A stretch of 64,000 bases of DNA, taken from contig OY760937.1 in the NCBI GenBank assembly GCA_963664225.1, positions 1,696,001 to 1,760,000 on the forward strand, read 5' to 3'. The position numbers were made by a program, and so were the translations under genes. Origin of the DNA: Verrucomicrobiia bacterium. GTDB lineage: Bacteria; Verrucomicrobiota; Verrucomicrobiia; Limisphaerales; UBA1319. Shown here one piece after another: positions 31,370 through 41,440 of the stretch (position 1 is the stretch's first letter; each line of letters opens with the position of its first letter). The notes beneath the pieces are model-generated. The model made no database searches. It was not told where the DNA came from and worked only from the letters and a program-made list of their open reading frames with translations.

Positions 31370-31939
31370 TTAGCAGCGTTGGAGAACCGCGTTCCGTTCG
31401 GTTTCATCCAAAATCTTCCATTGGCCGGCAGGCAGGCCGCCGAGGTCGTAGCCGCCGATGTGCACGCGCATGAGGCGCAGCGTGGGATGGCCAATGGCGG
31501 CGGTCATGCGGCGGACCTGGCGATTCTTGCCCTCGCATAGTTCGAGCGCGATCCAGCAATCGGGCACGGATTTGCGAAAGCGCACGGGCGGAATGCGGGG
31601 CGGGATTTCCGGTTGGGGATCGAGGAGCCATGCCCGGCATGGCAAGGTGCGCCGCCCCTGCAACTCAACGCCCGCCTCGAGCTTTTGGAGGCTCGCTGCG
31701 GCTGGAATGCGTTCCACCTGGACCCAATAACGCCGCACATGGCCCTGAACAGGGTTCAAGAGGCGGGCGTTCAATGCCGCTTCGTCGCTGAGCAGGAGCA
31801 GGCCTTCCGAATCCGCATCCAGGCGACCCATCGCATAGACTCCCTTGGGAAAATTAAATTCCTCGAGCGGCCTGTTGGCGGAGCCATCGGACGTGAACTG
31901 GCAAAGGACGCCATAAGGTTTGTGGAATGCAATCAGCAT
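31370..31939 (-). CDS. rRNA pseudouridine synthase (RluE-like)
   Basis: FHKPYGV, GRLDADSEGLLLL, EGKNRQVRRMTAAIGHPTLRL. Confidence 0.9.
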   Translation of the reverse strand: MLIAFHKPYGVLCQFTSDGSANRPLEEFNFPKGVYAMGRLDADSEGLLLLSDEAALNARLLNPVQGHVRRYWVQVERIPAAASLQKLEAGVELQGRRTLPCRAWLLDPQPEIPPRIPPVRFRKSVPDCWIALELCEGKNRQVRRMTAAIGHPTLRLMRVHIGGYDLGGLPAGQWKILDETERNAVLQRC

Positions 31940-32011
31940 GTAGCGAAAACCGCCGCGGCCGGATTGGAACCCGACTCGCGGCGGTGCAAGTGTTGTAAAT
32001 GTTGCAGCCCG

Positions 32012-33367
32012 TCAAACGGATTCAGGATCCGGGTGCGTATAGCCCGCGCGATACGGACGGCGCAGGAGGCGGTTGGCTTCCTCGTCGCCAATGACCTGGC
32101 CCTTGACGGGATCCCAGGCCAGCGAGCGGCCGAGCTTCATCGAGAGGTTGGCCATGACACACGACGAGCTGGAGATATGCCCCTGCTCGATGTCGGCCAC
32201 CGGTTTGCCCCGGGACTCGATATTGGCCAGGAAATCCTTCATGTGCCAGCGCGTGGCGGAGGCGCAATGTCTTTCGAGGTCCTTCTCGGTCTGATCCTCA
32301 GGATACTTGTCGTATTCAAAAAGCGGTTCGCCGCTGAGTGTGGGTTTGCTCTCGCCAGCGGGGAAGTAATCGTAATTGAACACGCTGGTCTTGAGTGTGC
32401 CCTTGTCGCCGTAGAACGTCGCGCTCCAGGGATATTTGGCATCGGGCGATTCGCCCCAGGTGCGATGCGTCCAGATGACCTTGGTTTCGCCAAAATCAAA
32501 CGTGGCCTCCTGGGTGTCCGAAATGTTCGCCTTGCTGGCTTTGTCCACCAGAATGCCGCCGGTGGAGCTGATCGTTTTGGGCCAGCCCAGATCCATCATC
32601 CAACGGGTCATGTCGAACATGTGAACGCACATGTCGCCCACGATGCCGTTGCCGTATTCCATGAAGGCCCGCCAGCCGCGCGGGTGGACCCACTGGTTGT
32701 AGGGCCGCATCGGCGCGGGACCGGTCCACATCTCGTAATCCAGATGCTCGGGCGGTGTCCCGTCCGGCGGATTGCCCGAGGCGCGCATGTGCCAGTAACA
32801 GCAAATCTCGACCATGCCAATCTTCCCCAGCAGGCCCTCCTTGATGACCCGGTCGCGGGCCTCGATGAGATGGGGCGTGCTGCGGCGTTGCGTGCCCACT
32901 TGAACCACCTTTTTGTATTTGCGTGCCGCGGCGACCATGGCCTGCCCTTCCACCACATCCACGCCGACCGGCTTTTGCACATAGACATCCGCGCCCGCCT
33001 GCACCGCGGCCGTCATCGCCAGCGCATGCCAATGATCGGGCGTGCCCACGAGCACGATGTCCAAATCCTTTTCCTTGAGCATCTGCCGGTAATCGCCGTA
33101 GAGGCGCGGTTTTTTCTTTGAAATCTGGCGTTCGGCCACGATCTCGGCGGCTCCAGCGAGCATGTGCTGATCCACATCGCACAGGCTCACGACTTCGACC
33201 GGCGCGACCTGGATCAGGCGCAGCAAATCGCTCTTGCCATACCAACCGGTGCCAATGAGGCCCACGCGATATTTTTTATCGGTCACGTACTCCGCGGCAT
33301 ACGAGGACGGGATTGCGGCCATGGCAAGGCCGGCCGCGCTGAGTTGTAGGAATTTTCGGCGGTTCAT
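32012..33367 (-). CDS. Gfo/Idh/MocA oxidoreductase, Tat-exported
   Basis: MNRRKFL signal, GLIGTGWYG, TPDHWH, QKP, VGTQRRS. Confidence 0.9.
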   Translation of the reverse strand: MNRRKFLQLSAAGLAMAAIPSSYAAEYVTDKKYRVGLIGTGWYGKSDLLRLIQVAPVEVVSLCDVDQHMLAGAAEIVAERQISKKKPRLYGDYRQMLKEKDLDIVLVGTPDHWHALAMTAAVQAGADVYVQKPVGVDVVEGQAMVAAARKYKKVVQVGTQRRSTPHLIEARDRVIKEGLLGKIGMVEICCYWHMRASGNPPDGTPPEHLDYEMWTGPAPMRPYNQWVHPRGWRAFMEYGNGIVGDMCVHMFDMTRWMMDLGWPKTISSTGGILVDKASKANISDTQEATFDFGETKVIWTHRTWGESPDAKYPWSATFYGDKGTLKTSVFNYDYFPAGESKPTLSGEPLFEYDKYPEDQTEKDLERHCASATRWHMKDFLANIESRGKPVADIEQGHISSSSCVMANLSMKLGRSLAWDPVKGQVIGDEEANRLLRRPYRAGYTHPDPESV

Positions 33368-33503
33368 GGGCGCAAAATAACCTTTATTCTTTTTTTCACA
33401 AGTCTTTTGGAAATGAGCTTTTTTGTTCCGACCTCATAAGGCCCCCAGACCCATATTTACAGGCGAGCTTGACTGCGGGGCGCTGGAATGGTAGCCAAAA
33501 CTC

Positions 33504-35585
33504 ATGTCGATTTCTTCAAGATGGGGCATTTCCAACCCGGTACTCTGTTGCGCCGCGTTGTGCCTGGTGTTGTGGACGGGATGCACGCCGCCGGGCCCCA
33601 AGGCCCTGCTGACGGGCGAGCGCCTCATTCACGAGGGCAAATACGAGGAGGCCATTGCCAAATTAAAGGTGGCCACCGAGTTGCTGCCCACCAACGCCCA
33701 GGCTTGGAACCATCTTGGTCTGGCCTATCATGGGGCCGGACAGGTGGACAACGCCGTGCATGCCTATCAAACCGCTCTTTCCCTGAATCGCAACCTGGCC
33801 GCCACGCGTTTCAATCTGGGCTGCCTCTTTCTGGAACAGAACAATCCAACCGCAGCCGTCTCCGAACTCTCCTCCTATACGGTTTTTAACCCGGTCTCCG
33901 CCGAGGGCTGGGGCAAACTCGGCCTGGCCCAACTCCAATTGGGACAGTTGAACCCCGCCGAGCAATCGTTCAAACAGGCCTTAAAATTGGAGAGCCGTTT
34001 CCCATCCGCACTCAACGGCCTGGGTCTGATTCAGTTGCGCCGCAACCGCACGACCGATGCGATGCAATATTTCGGCATGGCCCTGCGCCAGCAGACCAAC
34101 TACGGCCCGGCCATCCTCAATGAAGCCATTGTTTATCAGCAGTATCTGAAGAATCGTCCCGTGGCGTTGCAGAAATACCGGGAGTATCTCCTGGTCAACC
34201 CGGGCGCGCCGGACGCCCAGGCCGTGCGGGACATGGTCCATGTCCTTGAATTGGAGCTGGGACCCGCCTATGCACCGGTGGTGACAAATCCCCCGCCCCT
34301 CTTGGCCACGGTGGTGACGCAAACAACCGTGCTCGCCAGCGCCCCATCCAATACCGTTCATCCTGCGCTGACGAACATCAAGGCATCGGTCCTTGTCCCC
34401 GTGGTGACCAACCTCAAAGCAACCATTGCAGCGCCCGCAGTAGTGACGCCGCCCGCGCAGAAGACGCTCGTGGAATCCGAACCGGTGCTTAAAACGAACG
34501 CTCCTCAAACCGTTGTCGCCCGGCCCGAACAACCCAAAATCAAGCCTTCGCCTGTTGTCGTGCCTGTGGTTGCCAGCAAGCCTGTGGAAGCTCCTGCAAA
34601 AGTGGCGGAAGCCCCAATCGTTGCCGAGAAAGTGCTGAACACGGTGCCTGTGGCCACTCCGCCCCCTGCGCCCGTCCTGACCACCCCAGTGGTTGAACCC
34701 GTGACAATTCCCGTGATCACCGAAACACCCGGCGCCACACAAACCATAACCTATGCCTCCGCACCCCTGGCGGAGCCGCAAACCATTAATACCACGGTCC
34801 CAGTCCAAAATGCCCCGGTCCCAGCCCAAACCAACGAATTCCCTTCCGCCCAAAAACCGCCAAAAAAATCGCTCATCCAAAAAATCAACCCGGTCAACTG
34901 GTTGAGTTCCAGCGCGAAAACCCCGAAGACCCCGAAAACCGGGAAGATCGTGACTCCGCTCACCACGGCCAATCGCGTCACATCGTCCACCCCGGCGGAA
35001 ACCCTGGTTATCCCTGGCACTCCTAATTCATCCCAGACCGCGAGTGCGGTGCCGCCTCAGACCACTTCCCGGATCGCGCGGTATCCGTTCGTCTCCCCGC
35101 CCCTGCCCCAGGCGGGCGACCGCCCGGCTGCGGAACGCGCACTGCGAGAGGGAAGCCAGGCTCACACTCTGGGGCATTGGCCGGATACGCTTGCGGCGTA
35201 TCGCAAAGCGGCGCAAGCGGATCCCTCCTATTTTGCCGCGCGCTACAACCTGGCCCTGGCGCTCCTTCACGAGCAGGCTCTCTCGCAGGCGCTGCTGGAA
35301 TTTGAGACCGCGCTGGTCATCGATCCATCATCCTTTAACGCCCGTTACAATTTCGCCCTGGCGCTCCAGGAGGCCAATTATCCCACCGATGCCGCCAATG
35401 AATTCAACAAGCTGGTCGCTCTTGCCCCTGCGGACAACCGGCTGCATCTGGCCCTGGGCAACCTGTATGCCCGGCAACTGTTCCAGCCCCAGATGGCCCG
35501 CAAGGAGTATCTGCGGCTGCTGGAACTCGAGCCTGGCCATCCCCAGGCGCTCGCGATCCGCCAGTGGCTTGCAGAAAATCCTTAA
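33504..35585 (+). CDS. Tetratricopeptide-repeat lipoprotein with Pro/Val/Thr-rich linker
   Basis: Lipobox-like WTGC; N- and C-terminal TPRs (AWNHLGLAY, ARYNLAL) around a low-complexity spacer. Confidence 0.8.
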   Translation: MSISSRWGISNPVLCCAALCLVLWTGCTPPGPKALLTGERLIHEGKYEEAIAKLKVATELLPTNAQAWNHLGLAYHGAGQVDNAVHAYQTALSLNRNLAATRFNLGCLFLEQNNPTAAVSELSSYTVFNPVSAEGWGKLGLAQLQLGQLNPAEQSFKQALKLESRFPSALNGLGLIQLRRNRTTDAMQYFGMALRQQTNYGPAILNEAIVYQQYLKNRPVALQKYREYLLVNPGAPDAQAVRDMVHVLELELGPAYAPVVTNPPPLLATVVTQTTVLASAPSNTVHPALTNIKASVLVPVVTNLKATIAAPAVVTPPAQKTLVESEPVLKTNAPQTVVARPEQPKIKPSPVVVPVVASKPVEAPAKVAEAPIVAEKVLNTVPVATPPPAPVLTTPVVEPVTIPVITETPGATQTITYASAPLAEPQTINTTVPVQNAPVPAQTNEFPSAQKPPKKSLIQKINPVNWLSSSAKTPKTPKTGKIVTPLTTANRVTSSTPAETLVIPGTPNSSQTASAVPPQTTSRIARYPFVSPPLPQAGDRPAAERALREGSQAHTLGHWPDTLAAYRKAAQADPSYFAARYNLALALLHEQALSQALLEFETALVIDPSSFNARYNFALALQEANYPTDAANEFNKLVALAPADNRLHLALGNLYARQLFQPQMARKEYLRLLELEPGHPQALAIRQWLAENP

Positions 35586-35618
35586 ACCCGGCCACGACTT
35601 CTGATAGAGTCTCCAGCC

Positions 35619-36317
35619 ATGCACGGAATTGTTTTTGCCCCACACCTGCTGGCAGCAGCCAGTTTGGACTCCAAAGGTCTGGACCTCTCCAGCATTGCGG
35701 TGGGCTGGTTCGATGGTTTGGTCGTCCTGATGCTCGTTGCGGGCTTGCTGCGGGGGCGTCGCCGGGGCATGTCGGCGGAGTTGCTGGACCTTATTCTGTG
35801 GATCCTGATTGTGGTGGTGGGCGGATTGGGACACTCCGCTTTGGGCAAGGTGGTCTCGAACATCACAGGCACAGGTCTGATGTTCTCTTATATTGTCTCC
35901 TATCTGGGAATCGCCATATTCCTGGGCTTCATTTTCACGATGCTCAAGCACGGCGTGGGTGAAAAACTCATCGGCAGCGACGTGTTCGGGAACCTCGAGT
36001 ATTACCTGGGCATGTGTTCCGGCATGATCCGTTTTTTCTGCATGGTGTTCATGCTCATGGCGGTTCTTAACGCCCGGTTGTACACCAGCGACGAATTGAA
36101 GGCCCAGATCAAATACCAGGAAAAAGAACTCGGCAGCGTCTTTTTCCCCACCGTGGGCATGATGCAAAAGAGTGTCTTTCAGGATTCGTTCGTCGGGAAG
36201 TTCACCAAGGACAACCTCTCCATGCTGCTGGTGACTCCCATGCAGCCGGAAGCGCCCAAGGAAGGCATTGGCCACCGTCGTGAAAAAGAGGTCAACGACG
36301 CCCTGGGCATCAAGTAA
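35619..36317 (+). CDS. CvpA-like membrane protein
   Basis: WFDGLVV..GLLRGRRRGMSAEL; four hydrophobic segments. Confidence 0.65.
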   Translation: MHGIVFAPHLLAAASLDSKGLDLSSIAVGWFDGLVVLMLVAGLLRGRRRGMSAELLDLILWILIVVVGGLGHSALGKVVSNITGTGLMFSYIVSYLGIAIFLGFIFTMLKHGVGEKLIGSDVFGNLEYYLGMCSGMIRFFCMVFMLMAVLNARLYTSDELKAQIKYQEKELGSVFFPTVGMMQKSVFQDSFVGKFTKDNLSMLLVTPMQPEAPKEGIGHRREKEVNDALGIK

Positions 36318-36354
36318 CCGGCGCGGATTTCCTGGCGTCACGTTTGCCATCCAC

Positions 36355-38175
36355 ATGGCGGGACTTTTTTCCGAATCCAATCTCGATCAGGTTCGAGCCG
36401 CAAGCGACATTGTCGATGTCATTGGCGCGCATATTCAGCTCAAGCGCCTCGGCGGCAGCTTCGTGGCCTTGTGCCCCTTTCACAAGGAAAAGACCCCCAG
36501 CTTTCATGTCAATCCGTCGCGCCAGATTTTTCATTGTTTTGGATGCCAGAAGGGCGGCGATGTTTTCACCTTTGTCCAGGAATACGAAAATGTGGACTTC
36601 GGCGAGGCGGTCCGACGCCTGGCGGAACGGGCCGGAATCGTTCTGGAGACGGACCAGACTCCCGGACAATCCCGCGCGCGCGAAATCAAGGAAACCTTGC
36701 GGGACATTCACGAGCAAATTGCGAAGCATTGGTCCGCGGTCCTCGCCTCGGATCCGAAGGCGCAGATTGCCCGCGACTACATTGCCAGACGCCAGCTCAG
36801 TGACGAAGCCGTAAAGCTCTTTCGCATCGGCTTTGCGCCCGACGCCTGGGAGGACACCGTGCAATGGGCCACGGCTAAAAAATACGACCTGTCGATCGTG
36901 GAACAGGCGGGGTTGATTCTAAAACGGGACAACGCCCAGGGCTACTACGACCGTTTTCGCGGACGCCTCATTTTCCCGATCTGCGACGAGCAAGGCCGGG
37001 TCTGCGCGTTCAGCGGACGCATCCTGGCGGAGGACGTGAAAACCGCCAAATACGTCAACTCCCCTGAAACGCCGATCTTTTCCAAACGCAAAACCTTCTT
37101 CGGACTGGATAAATCGAAACGCGCCATTCTCGACGCCCAATTCGCTCTGGTGTGCGAGGGCCAGATCGACCTGATCTCCTGTTTCATGGCGGGCGCCCGG
37201 AACATCGTCGCGCCGCTGGGCACGGCCTTCACCTCGGAACACGCGCGCATTCTCAAGCGCTTTGTCAACGAAGTGGTTCTCTGCTTTGACTCCGACAAGG
37301 CCGGCCAAACCGCTGCCGTCCGCGTTCTGGACGACCTCCTCTCCAGCGGTCTGGCGATTCGCGTGGCCGTGGTGCCCGCGCCCCATGATCCGGACAGCTT
37401 CATCAAGGCCAACGGCGGCCCGGCATTTCTGGATCTCATAGCGAAGGCACGGGGCTTTTTCGATTTCTACCTCGATTACCTGTGCCGGGGAAACGATCCG
37501 GCCACGGACCGGGGGCGTTCGGCCATCGTCAAGGCAATGGGCGAAGCGCTCTTGAAAACGGGTAGCCCGGTCCTCCTGGATGCCCACGCGCAGGAGACCG
37601 CCCTGCGGCTCGGTGTGGGAGCGGGCGCCATTCGCGCCGAATTTTCAAAATTGGGAACCCATTCACGGCCCGCACCCATCGAAGAGGACCCGCTGGAGGA
37701 GACCGACGCTCCGGAAGTGGTGCGGCCATCGACCAAGGAATTCTGGTTTCTCAAATGCCTGTTTGCCGACGAAGTGGACACCGCCTGGGTGGCCGCCCAT
37801 CTGGACCCGCAATGGATTGAGCACGCGGATGTGCGGCAAATTGTAACCCACTTTCTGGCGGCCCATCGGGAGGCGCGATGGAACGGTGCGGCGTCGATTC
37901 TGGGCGGGTTGGAAAACGAGACCGCGCGGCATTTGCTCACCGAGGCCCTGACCGATCGCCGGCCAATCCCCAACGCGCGGCTGCAATTGGAGGACATGGT
38001 GCTGTGGCTGCGCAACCAGCCGATGGAACGTCAGCTTGCGCGATTGACGCAGCTCTTGTCCAAGCCCGAACTGAGCGACAGCCAGCGCTTGAATTTCCTC
38101 GAGCAGCTCACCGCCTTGCGCCAGCAAAAACAGACTCCCCTCCAGCCATTGCCCGGCTCGGATTACACGGGTTAA
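36355..38175 (+). CDS. dnaG: DNA primase
   Basis: CPFHKEKTPSF..CFGC zinc finger, DRFRGRLIFPI, KYVNSPET, EGQID, FDSDKAG, DPD; ATG at 36355. Confidence 0.96.
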   Translation: MAGLFSESNLDQVRAASDIVDVIGAHIQLKRLGGSFVALCPFHKEKTPSFHVNPSRQIFHCFGCQKGGDVFTFVQEYENVDFGEAVRRLAERAGIVLETDQTPGQSRAREIKETLRDIHEQIAKHWSAVLASDPKAQIARDYIARRQLSDEAVKLFRIGFAPDAWEDTVQWATAKKYDLSIVEQAGLILKRDNAQGYYDRFRGRLIFPICDEQGRVCAFSGRILAEDVKTAKYVNSPETPIFSKRKTFFGLDKSKRAILDAQFALVCEGQIDLISCFMAGARNIVAPLGTAFTSEHARILKRFVNEVVLCFDSDKAGQTAAVRVLDDLLSSGLAIRVAVVPAPHDPDSFIKANGGPAFLDLIAKARGFFDFYLDYLCRGNDPATDRGRSAIVKAMGEALLKTGSPVLLDAHAQETALRLGVGAGAIRAEFSKLGTHSRPAPIEEDPLEETDAPEVVRPSTKEFWFLKCLFADEVDTAWVAAHLDPQWIEHADVRQIVTHFLAAHREARWNGAASILGGLENETARHLLTEALTDRRPIPNARLQLEDMVLWLRNQPMERQLARLTQLLSKPELSDSQRLNFLEQLTALRQQKQTPLQPLPGSDYTG

Positions 38176-38250
38176 CGGAGTCAGGATAACCAATAAGGCA
38201 CGCCCTCAACCTGTACTTCTCCACCATGGGAAGGACGAGCGTTGGACGGT

Positions 38251-40487
38251 TTATCCCGAAGGGATTACATCATTCAGGCCGGGGTTGCGAGGAACGAGCT
38301 ACCCCGGGTTGCGCACGCCCACGCACCACCAACTCTGTAGGAGTTGGATCAATCCCATACATGCCGTTCGTCGGATTCAATTTCGGATCGTTTTAAAAGG
38401 ATTGCGCGGACGGGACGATTGCGGGTGAGGTTGATCGAACGTGGCTGGATGATCCGCATCCGGAATCGTGGCACGTCCCGTTCCAGTCTGGCGGACATGG
38501 TGGCTTAATTTCCATACAACCACTGCGGCACCAAATTTCCATCTTATTATCCCGAAGGGATTAAATCATTCAGACCGGGGTTGCGAGGAACGAGCTACCC
38601 CGGGTTACACATGCCCACGCACCACCAACTCTGTAGGAGTTGGATCAGTCCCACACATGGCGTTCGTCGCATTCAAATTCATATCGTTTTAAAAGGATTG
38701 CGCGGACGGGACGATTGCGGGTGAGGTTGATCGAACGTGGCTGGATGATCCGCATCCGGAATCGTGGCACGTCCCGTTCCAGTCTGGCGGATATGGTGGC
38801 TTAATTTCCATACAACCACTGCGGCACCAAATTTCCATCTTATTATCCCGAAGGGATTAAATCATTCAGACCGGGGTTGCGAGGAACGAGCTACCCCGGG
38901 TTACACATGCCCACGCACCACCAACTCTGTAGGAGTTGGATCAATCCCATACATGGCGTTCGTCGCATTCAATTTCGTATCGTTTTAAAAGGATTGCGCG
39001 GACGGGACGATTGCGGGTGAGGTTGATCGAACGTGGCTGGATGATCCGCATCCGGAATCGTGGCACGTCCCGTTCCAGTCTGGCGGATATGGTGGCTTAA
39101 TTTCCATACAACCACTGCGGCACCAAATTTCCATCTTATTATCCCGAAGGGATTAAATCATTCAGACCGGGGTTGCGAGGAACGAGCTACCCCGGGTTGC
39201 GCATACCCACGCGCCACCAACTCTGTAGGAGTTGGATCAATCCCATACATGGCGTTCGTCGCATTCAATTTCGTATCGTTTTAAAAGGATTGCGCGGACG
39301 GGACGATTGCGGGTGAGGTTGATCGAACGTGGCTGGATGATCCGCATCCGGAATCGTGGCACGTCCCGTTCCGGTCTGGCGGATATGGTGGCGGTATAAT
39401 CTCCATTCAACCGCTTCGGCGCCGGATTCCCATTCCATTATCCCGAAGGGATTAAATCATTCAGACCGGGGTTGCGAGGAACGAGCTACCCCGGGTTGCA
39501 CATGCCCACGCGCCACCAACTCTGTAGGAGTTGGATCAATCCCATACATGGCGTTCGTCGCATTCAATTTCGTATCGTTTTAAAAGGATTGCGCGGACGG
39601 GACGATTGCGGGTGAGGTTGATCGAACGTGGCTGGATGATCCGCATCCGGAATCGTGGCACGTCCCGTTCCAGTCTGGCGGATATGGTGGCGGTATAATC
39701 TCCAATCAACCACGGCGGCACTGGATTTCCATCTCAATATCCCGTAGGGATTAAATCATTCAGCCCGGGGTTGCGAGGAACGAGCTACCCCGGGTTGCGC
39801 ATACCCCCCCACACCACCAACTCTGTAGGAGTTGGATCAGTCCCACTCATGTAGTTCTTCGCATTCAATTTCGTATCGTTTTAAAAGGATTGCGCGGACG
39901 GGACGATTGCGGGTGAGGTTGATCGAACGTGGCTGGATGATCCGCATCCGGAATCGTGGCACGTCCCGTTCCAGTCTGGCGGATATGGTGGCTTAATTTC
40001 CATACAACCACTGCGGCACCAAATTTCCATCTTATTATCCCGAAGGGATTAAATCATTCAGACCGGGGTTGCGAGGAACGAGCTACCCCGGGTTGCGCAT
40101 CCCCCCCCCATCACCAACTCTGTAGGAGTTGGATCAGTCCCACACATGGCGTTCGTCGCATTCAATTTCGTATCGTTTTAAAAGGATTGCGCGGACGGGA
40201 CGATTGCGGATTGCGGGTGAGGTTTATCGAACGTGGCTGGATGATCCGCATCCGGAATCGTGGCACGTCCCGTTCCAGTCTGGCGGATATGGTGGCCGTT
40301 TAATCTCCAATCAACCACTGCGGCACGGGATTTGGATCTCATTATCCCGAAGGGATTAAATCATTCAGACCGGGGTTGCGAGGAACGAGCTACCCCGGGT
40401 TGCACATGCCCACGCACCACCAACTCTGTAGGAGTTGGATCAGTCCCACTCATGTCGTTCTTCGCATTCAATTTCGTATCGTTTTAA
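38251..40487 (+). repeat. Tandem array of ~297-bp REP-like units (7 full units plus an 8th head)
   Basis: Marker ATCCCG(A/T)AGGGATT at 38253, 38549, 38845, 39141, 39440, 39739, 40037, 40344 (periods 296,296,296,299,299,298,307). Confidence 0.97.
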
Positions 40488-40502
40488 AAATTCACGGTAT
40501 TC
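40440..40502 (-). pseudogene. 3'-terminal fragment of a Y1/HUH (IS200/IS605 or RAYT-like) transposase
   Basis: Translates EYREFLKRYEIECEERHEWD*; shorter versions (LLKRYEIECDERHVWD*) occur in each repeat unit; resembles the ..YDERYVWD* C-terminus of this family. Confidence 0.65.
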
Positions 40503-40588
40503 TGATTTATGGGCAATCTTCCTCAATGTCTCCCAGCCCGCACGCTCCCGCACCGGCCAGGCAGCGGGGTGGACAAAAGCTCCGATTG

Positions 40589-40617
40589 TTGACCTGCAGT
40601 GAAAAAGGGTTTAAATC
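40589..40617 (+). promoter_or_regulatory. Putative sigma70 cassette promoter (Pc-like)
   Basis: TTGACC-N17-TAAATC, ~70 bp upstream of the attI-like GTTGGGC (40688-40694); spacing conserved in three copies. Confidence 0.5.
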
Positions 40618-40705
40618 CCATACATGCGACGAATTAAGAATGGATTCCGGCCGGTCCAATTCACGAACCGCTGGTCGCATTGTCAAAGTTGGGCTTCTGA
40701 TCGGT

Positions 40706-41002
40706 ATGAAAGCGCGCTCCATGTTCCTGCTGTCCCTAATTCTGATGTTCGGGGCACTGCTTATGGTGCTTCGGGGACGGTCTCAACTTAACGAGTCTTT
40801 TCAGGCTTGGCATAGTGGCGAGCATGAGGTTTTTCGGCAGTTTGCCCATCGAGGTGGATGGTTTATTTACCCTGCTTGGGCGCTCGCTGTCGGCGGCGTG
40901 GCATGCCTGTTCGCCTCGTACCGCAGACACGAGCCCGCGTGGCGATGGACGGTGGTGGCCCTGCTTGTGCTCTTCCTCCTTTTCGGCCTCGCGCCCGTAT
41001 GA
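40706..41002 (+). CDS. Cassette A: small membrane protein (98 aa, ~3 TM)
   Basis: ATG 12 nt after GTTGGGC; hydrophobic; intact in duplicate 60185-60481. Confidence 0.7.
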   Translation: MKARSMFLLSLILMFGALLMVLRGRSQLNESFQAWHSGEHEVFRQFAHRGGWFIYPAWALAVGGVACLFASYRRHEPAWRWTVVALLVLFLLFGLAPV

Positions 41003-41009
41003 AACCGAA

Positions 41010-41135
41010 GTTCAACCAGTTCACCACACTGAACTGCCGCCAAGCGTTGCAGTTTCGATGCGCCGGGTTCTTCGGGCGTTGCATTTGCTGGCAGCTCCCG
41101 TTTACGGCGCCCGTCGGTGAGCCAGAGCGTTAACC
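41010..41135 (+). other. attC-like recombination site
   Basis: R'' GTTCAAC ... R' GTTAACC (imperfect), inner TCACC/GGTGA arms; located between stop and next ATG. Confidence 0.6.
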
Positions 41136-41152
41136 GCTATACATCACGCACT

Positions 41153-41440
41153 ATGAAATTCTTTACCACCCCCGATGACAAATTTGTGCATCTTGCAGAC
41201 GATGACAAGCAGCGGGCTGCGGCTTTGGACCTTCTGGAGAGTTCTCGCTCGGCCTATTATTTTGGCGGGCTCCTGGTCATCGCGGTCGCGGCGTGCTTGG
41301 AATTGAGCGGGCACGGTATGGGAGGTTTCGCCATTTTTGGCGTATTGTGTACTTGTCTTGCCTTCAAGTATGAGTCAGACATACGGACACTTAGGATGGT
41401 TGACAATATGCGGAAGAGATATGAAACCAGAGTTAGTTAA
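41153..41440 (+). CDS. Cassette B: small membrane protein (95 aa, 2 TM)
   Basis: ATG 41153; stop TAA lies inside the next R'' box; duplicate 59747-60034. Confidence 0.75.
   Translation: MKFFTTPDDKFVHLADDDKQRAAALDLLESSRSAYYFGGLLVIAVAACLELSGHGMGGFAIFGVLCTCLAFKYESDIRTLRMVDNMRKRYETRVS

Noticed and set aside
38251..40487. CRISPR array
   Set aside because: The period is ~297 bp, the variable segments are homologous alleles rather than unique spacers, and there are no cas genes.
38468..40487. Repeated 74-75 aa ORFs (MARPVPVWR..) as real genes
   Set aside because: GTG starts without a clear RBS, the frame is broken in unit 5 and shifted in unit 6, and they run through hairpins; likely by-products of the repeat.
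40376..41002. 208-aa ORF (and 213-aa ORF 60185-60826) as the full gene
   Set aside because: The N-terminal extensions differ between copies and cross repeat/leader DNA; the conserved gene starts at ATG 40706/60481.
40999..41133. ORF spanning the A/B intergenic region (MKPKFNQF..)
   Set aside because: Coincides with the attC-like palindrome; no independent coding evidence.
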